In this document: piece by piece, positions 60,683 through 64,000 of the stretch
Layout of the letters: every line of letters starts with the position of its first letter
How positions within the stretch are numbered: position 1 is the first letter of the stretch
From: Eledone cirrhosa
Lineage: Eukaryota
Reading direction: 5' to 3'
Length of the DNA stretch: 64,000 nt
NCBI GenBank assembly: GCA_964016885.1
Contig: OZ024740.1
Location: 400,024,001 to 400,088,000, forward strand
Made by a program: the position numbers and the translations under genes
The notes under the pieces: model-generated
Databases searched by the model: none
Told to the model about the DNA's origin: nothing
The model's input: the letters and a program-made list of their open reading frames with translations, nothing else

Positions 60683-61726
60683 TGTGTGAGTGGAGAGAGA
60701 GAGAGAGAGGGGAAGAGAGAGATGGGAGGGAGGGAGAGAGTGAGAAAGAGATGAGAGGGGAGAGAGGTATACTGGAGATGATGATAGAGAGACATTAGAC
60801 GTCGGGGAATGGAATGTTTGATTCGAATGAATATAATAAGAAATATTAAGTAATATCAGGTGTGTGCTAACGGTGACTTGTGAATTGTTTAATGCCAGCT
60901 CCGGTGCAGTACAGTGGCAAATATTGTTAAGATGATTATCACCTCTATAGCTTCAGTTACAGCAATTGAAATGACTTGCCAGTGTTTAGATACCAGAAAT
61001 CCCTCAGATCTATCTAACACATGACGTTATTTTCGTCACTTCTTACTATGATGTCGTTGTTTCCCCAGCATTTACTTAATATCAGTTTTGAAGTGCTGAA
61101 TTCTACATGTAAACCACTCATTACTAGGAATGAAGATGGTGAATGATGACGGGGTCGCTGTGTGTAGTTGTAGCATAACAAAAGAAGTGAATTGTCAGTG
61201 GATGGTGTCTGCGATTAGTTTTCAATGCACAGTGCATACTTTTTTAATTTCAATTATGCTCTTATCTATATTTTGATAGGTATGAATAAATGCAGGACCC
61301 TCACCAGGCTTTGGTGTTCAAGGAGAGGAGGTTTAGGAACATTCTGGGTGGGGACGCGATCATTTTAAGTTAAAGTTTCGGAATAAGTATATCAAATTAA
61401 GCGTAGATTTTTCTAAGTCTGTGTGTGGATACCATGAAAAAGAAGGGATGTGTACCATTTAAAAGAAGGGATGAGAGCGTGGGTGGTTGTGGCAATGCCA
61501 TACAATGTCCTTTCATGGTGATGCGCCAGCATGAACGTCATAATATAAACATGTAGCATTTTTAACAAGTCAAAGTAATCCAGCTTTAGTGTGATGACGA
61601 AGAGAGGAGTTGAATTGGTTAGTCACACTCGTTAGTCACATAATACTCGGTTTGGTGCCCGAGCGTGCAGTTAGCCTACCGGGAGTGAGAAACACCTAGT
61701 CCTTGTTAGGGCATCCTTCTAGGTCC

Positions 61727-62640
61727 TAGAATGATGGGCAAACTACGGCCCGCGGGCCAAATGCGACCCGCCAAAGAATTTTGTGCGGCCCGTAGAAGCA
61801 TTTGGCGAGTTAATAAAAAAATAAAAATAAACAATTTTTCGTATATAATACTTGAGCCGAGACTAGATCTAGTTACATTTTTATACCAGATAGAGCAGAG
61901 AGACAGAGGGCAGGAGTGACCATTTTATTTCAAATAACAGTCACAACTTAACAACTGTGCATGTACAGTTGTTGACATCCACATTTCGTTCCCACAACAA
62001 CGCCGTGACATAATTTCTTCTGACCGTAATAATGACTTCTGCTAAAAATTGACCAAGAATGTTGTGTAGTCCAAGAGGAAAAGCAATGGATTTTGTGACA
62101 AAACCGAACAAGCAAAAATCTATGTTTACAAAACTATCATCGCATCATGAGAGTACCGTAGAAGCAGGTTTATTGTAGCATACAGTGTTGCAAAAAAAAA
62201 AAAAAAAACATTCTCGGATGGAGAGTTTCTAAAACAATACATGATAGATTGTGCAAGCATTGTGTGCCCTGAAGTGAAAGGTATATTTGAAAGCATTTCA
62301 TTATCAAGACGGACGATTGTACTACGCATTGATGTAATAAGTAACGAGTTCAATCAACAGTTGGGGACTGCTACCAAAGATTTTGCGTGGTACTCTGTAG
62401 TCCTAGATGAGAGTACTGACATTCAAGACACTGCTCAGTTACTCATCTTCATTCGTGGAGGGAATGAGAATTTTCATATCACAGAAGTGTTCTTTTCACT
62501 AGAGCCCTGGAAAAGCACAACAGGTCAGGATTTGTTTGAATGTGTGGTCAATTGTGTTGATAAACATGCTTTATCATGGGATAAGTTGGCAAGCGTGACA
62601 ACAGACGGTGCCCGGGCATTAACAGAAAGGAGGCTTCTCA
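61727..62640 (+). mobile_element. hAT (Charlie/SPIN-like) DNA transposon remnant
   Basis: Left end ATGGGCAAACTACGGCCCGCGGGCC; transposase fragment downstream. Confidence 0.85.
62241..62640 (+). pseudogene. hAT transposase fragment (GTF2IRD2/Charlie-like)
   Basis: ISLSRRTI..RI, YSVVLDESTDIQDTAQLLIFIRG, TTGQDLF, VTTDGA. Confidence 0.85.
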
Positions 62641-62729
62641 ACAAGGAGAATGAAAAAAAACTTGCCCCAACACTTAATTTTAACTCTTTAATTTTTAGTC
62701 TTTAACTTTTAGTCTTTAATACTCAACCT

Positions 62730-62767
62730 TTGATAAGATTAATTTTACTAATACATCGAAACCGGTT
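62730..62767 (+). ncRNA. Decayed U3:A8 hammerhead-like motif
   Basis: TTGATAA-GATTAATTTTACTAATACATC-GAAA-CCGG-TT; (TA)n about 190 nt downstream. Confidence 0.45.
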
Positions 62768-62956
62768 ATACTTTATATACATTATAAAACTCTTTTTAAA
62801 AAGAATTGTTCCTCTCATTTTTACAATAATGTGACTTTGATGAATCAAAGAAAGGAATAAAAAGAAAAACAGACCCTTAAATATATTTTCCGTGCTATTT
62901 CCAATTTCATCTTTTCCCTATAACCACTGTCTTATATAGAATCTTACTTCCCTTTT

Positions 62957-63017
<61 letters not shown>

Positions 63018-63148
63018 GTGAGGTTTTTTTTACAAAATGAAAAATAACCGAGGTGTCCTACACGAGTGAAAGTATAAAGAAAAAGAGATGAAATCGAAAA
63101 TGCAACTGGAGTCTTATTTTTAAAAAAAATATATATATTTATTTGGTT

Positions 63149-63186
63149 CCTTTACCGGTTTCGCAGTTCTTCTGCTTTTCAAAAGG
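63149..63186 (-). ncRNA. Type I hammerhead with U3:A8 core (family E)
   Basis: CCTT-TTGAAAA-GCAG AAGAA CTGC-GAAA-CCGG-TA-AAGG: all three stems intact. Confidence 0.75.
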
Positions 63187-63581
63187 TGAGTTGAGATGGA
63201 GGGTTTGTGGTTTTTCTCACATCTGGTTGGTCTCTGAATGTTACTTGTTTTATATGGAAAAAGTGGCTCGAAATGCCAGGTTTTTCGAGAAGTAATTTGA
63301 TTGGTTTGTCAATAATTATAATAAATTTCGCGCCAGTTCGCGTTACAATAGTTCTTCAAATAAGAGGGGGGGGGGGTTGTCACAGGTTGTTTTTTCATAT
63401 ATGAGAGTTTGAATTTCAAAAGAAATTCAAACTTGAAAAAAGGAGGCTCACGAAGGTTTTTTTTTGGTTGGTTATAAATGAAATTATGGCTGTCACGTGA
63501 ACAAATTTTCATTAAATTTTTGTGCCCTTATTTGGAAATCCATTCTGTAGCCTTTTTAGAGAATTTTTTGATAAGTAAAAG

Positions 63582-63772
63582 ATAATTGTTTCTACTTTAG
63601 GCACAAGGCCAGCAATTACCCAGTACATTACTGGTACTTTATTTTATCGACCCCGTAAGGATGAAAGGCAAAGTTAACCTCGACGGGATTTGAACTCAGA
63701 CCGTAAAGGGACGTAACTATGCTGGAAAGCATGGCGTCCGACTCTCTACCGATACTGCCAATCCACCGCCCT
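63582..63772 (-). mobile_element. Young OK-like SINE with 21-bp TSD
   Basis: TTTTGATAAGTAAAAGATAAT at 63566-63586 and 63772-63792. Confidence 0.93.
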
Positions 63773-63891
63773 TTTGATAAGTAAAAGATAATGGTCAAGA
63801 GAAAGGGATGGGAGAATTGTTCTGGTTCAGTGAATATGGTTAGTTCGCTGGGGTGTCAGAATTCAGATTTTCTATTGAATAAAGAAAGTAA

Positions 63892-63924
<33 letters not shown>

Positions 63925-64000
63925 CCTTACCAATGTAAGCCTGAAATTTAAATTGAATTTAATTACTAATCCAGTAGCTGAAATTTCTTGATAGAAGATA

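Overview
AT-rich, microsatellite-saturated eukaryotic DNA, most likely from an octopod (Octopus-type) genome, judging by the OK/OR-like tRNA-derived SINEs and the very long (TA)n/(CA)n arrays. No host protein-coding gene can be confidently recognised; almost all YI/HT/CV-rich ORFs are microsatellite artefacts. Recognisable content: one full-length, lightly disrupted L1/Tx1-clade LINE (7052-12922, minus) sitting in (TAA)n, plus 5'-truncated relatives with (TATC)n tails; a 5'-truncated Penelope-like element (PLE) with RT C-terminus and GIY-YIG endonuclease (35560-36993) and a second decayed PLE; RTE, R4/Dong-like and CR1-like LINE scraps; a hAT (Charlie-type) transposase remnant; MITEs; and about 20 SINEs. 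The most striking pattern is a population of more than 20 short inserts from roughly a dozen unrelated families, nearly all embedded in (TA)n. Most carry a type I hammerhead ribozyme (several with a U3:A8 variant core). Many are asymmetric fold-backs in which one arm runs to the element 3' end and the opposite arm stops at a family-specific internal TA-like patch. Many share a GAGTRC motif about 25-50 nt from the 3' end. One family is tied directly to the protein-coding PLE, suggesting a PLE-driven, (TA)n-targeted, two-ended priming system of ribozyme mini-retroelements. All alignments and folds were done by eye, so coordinates may be off by a few bases.
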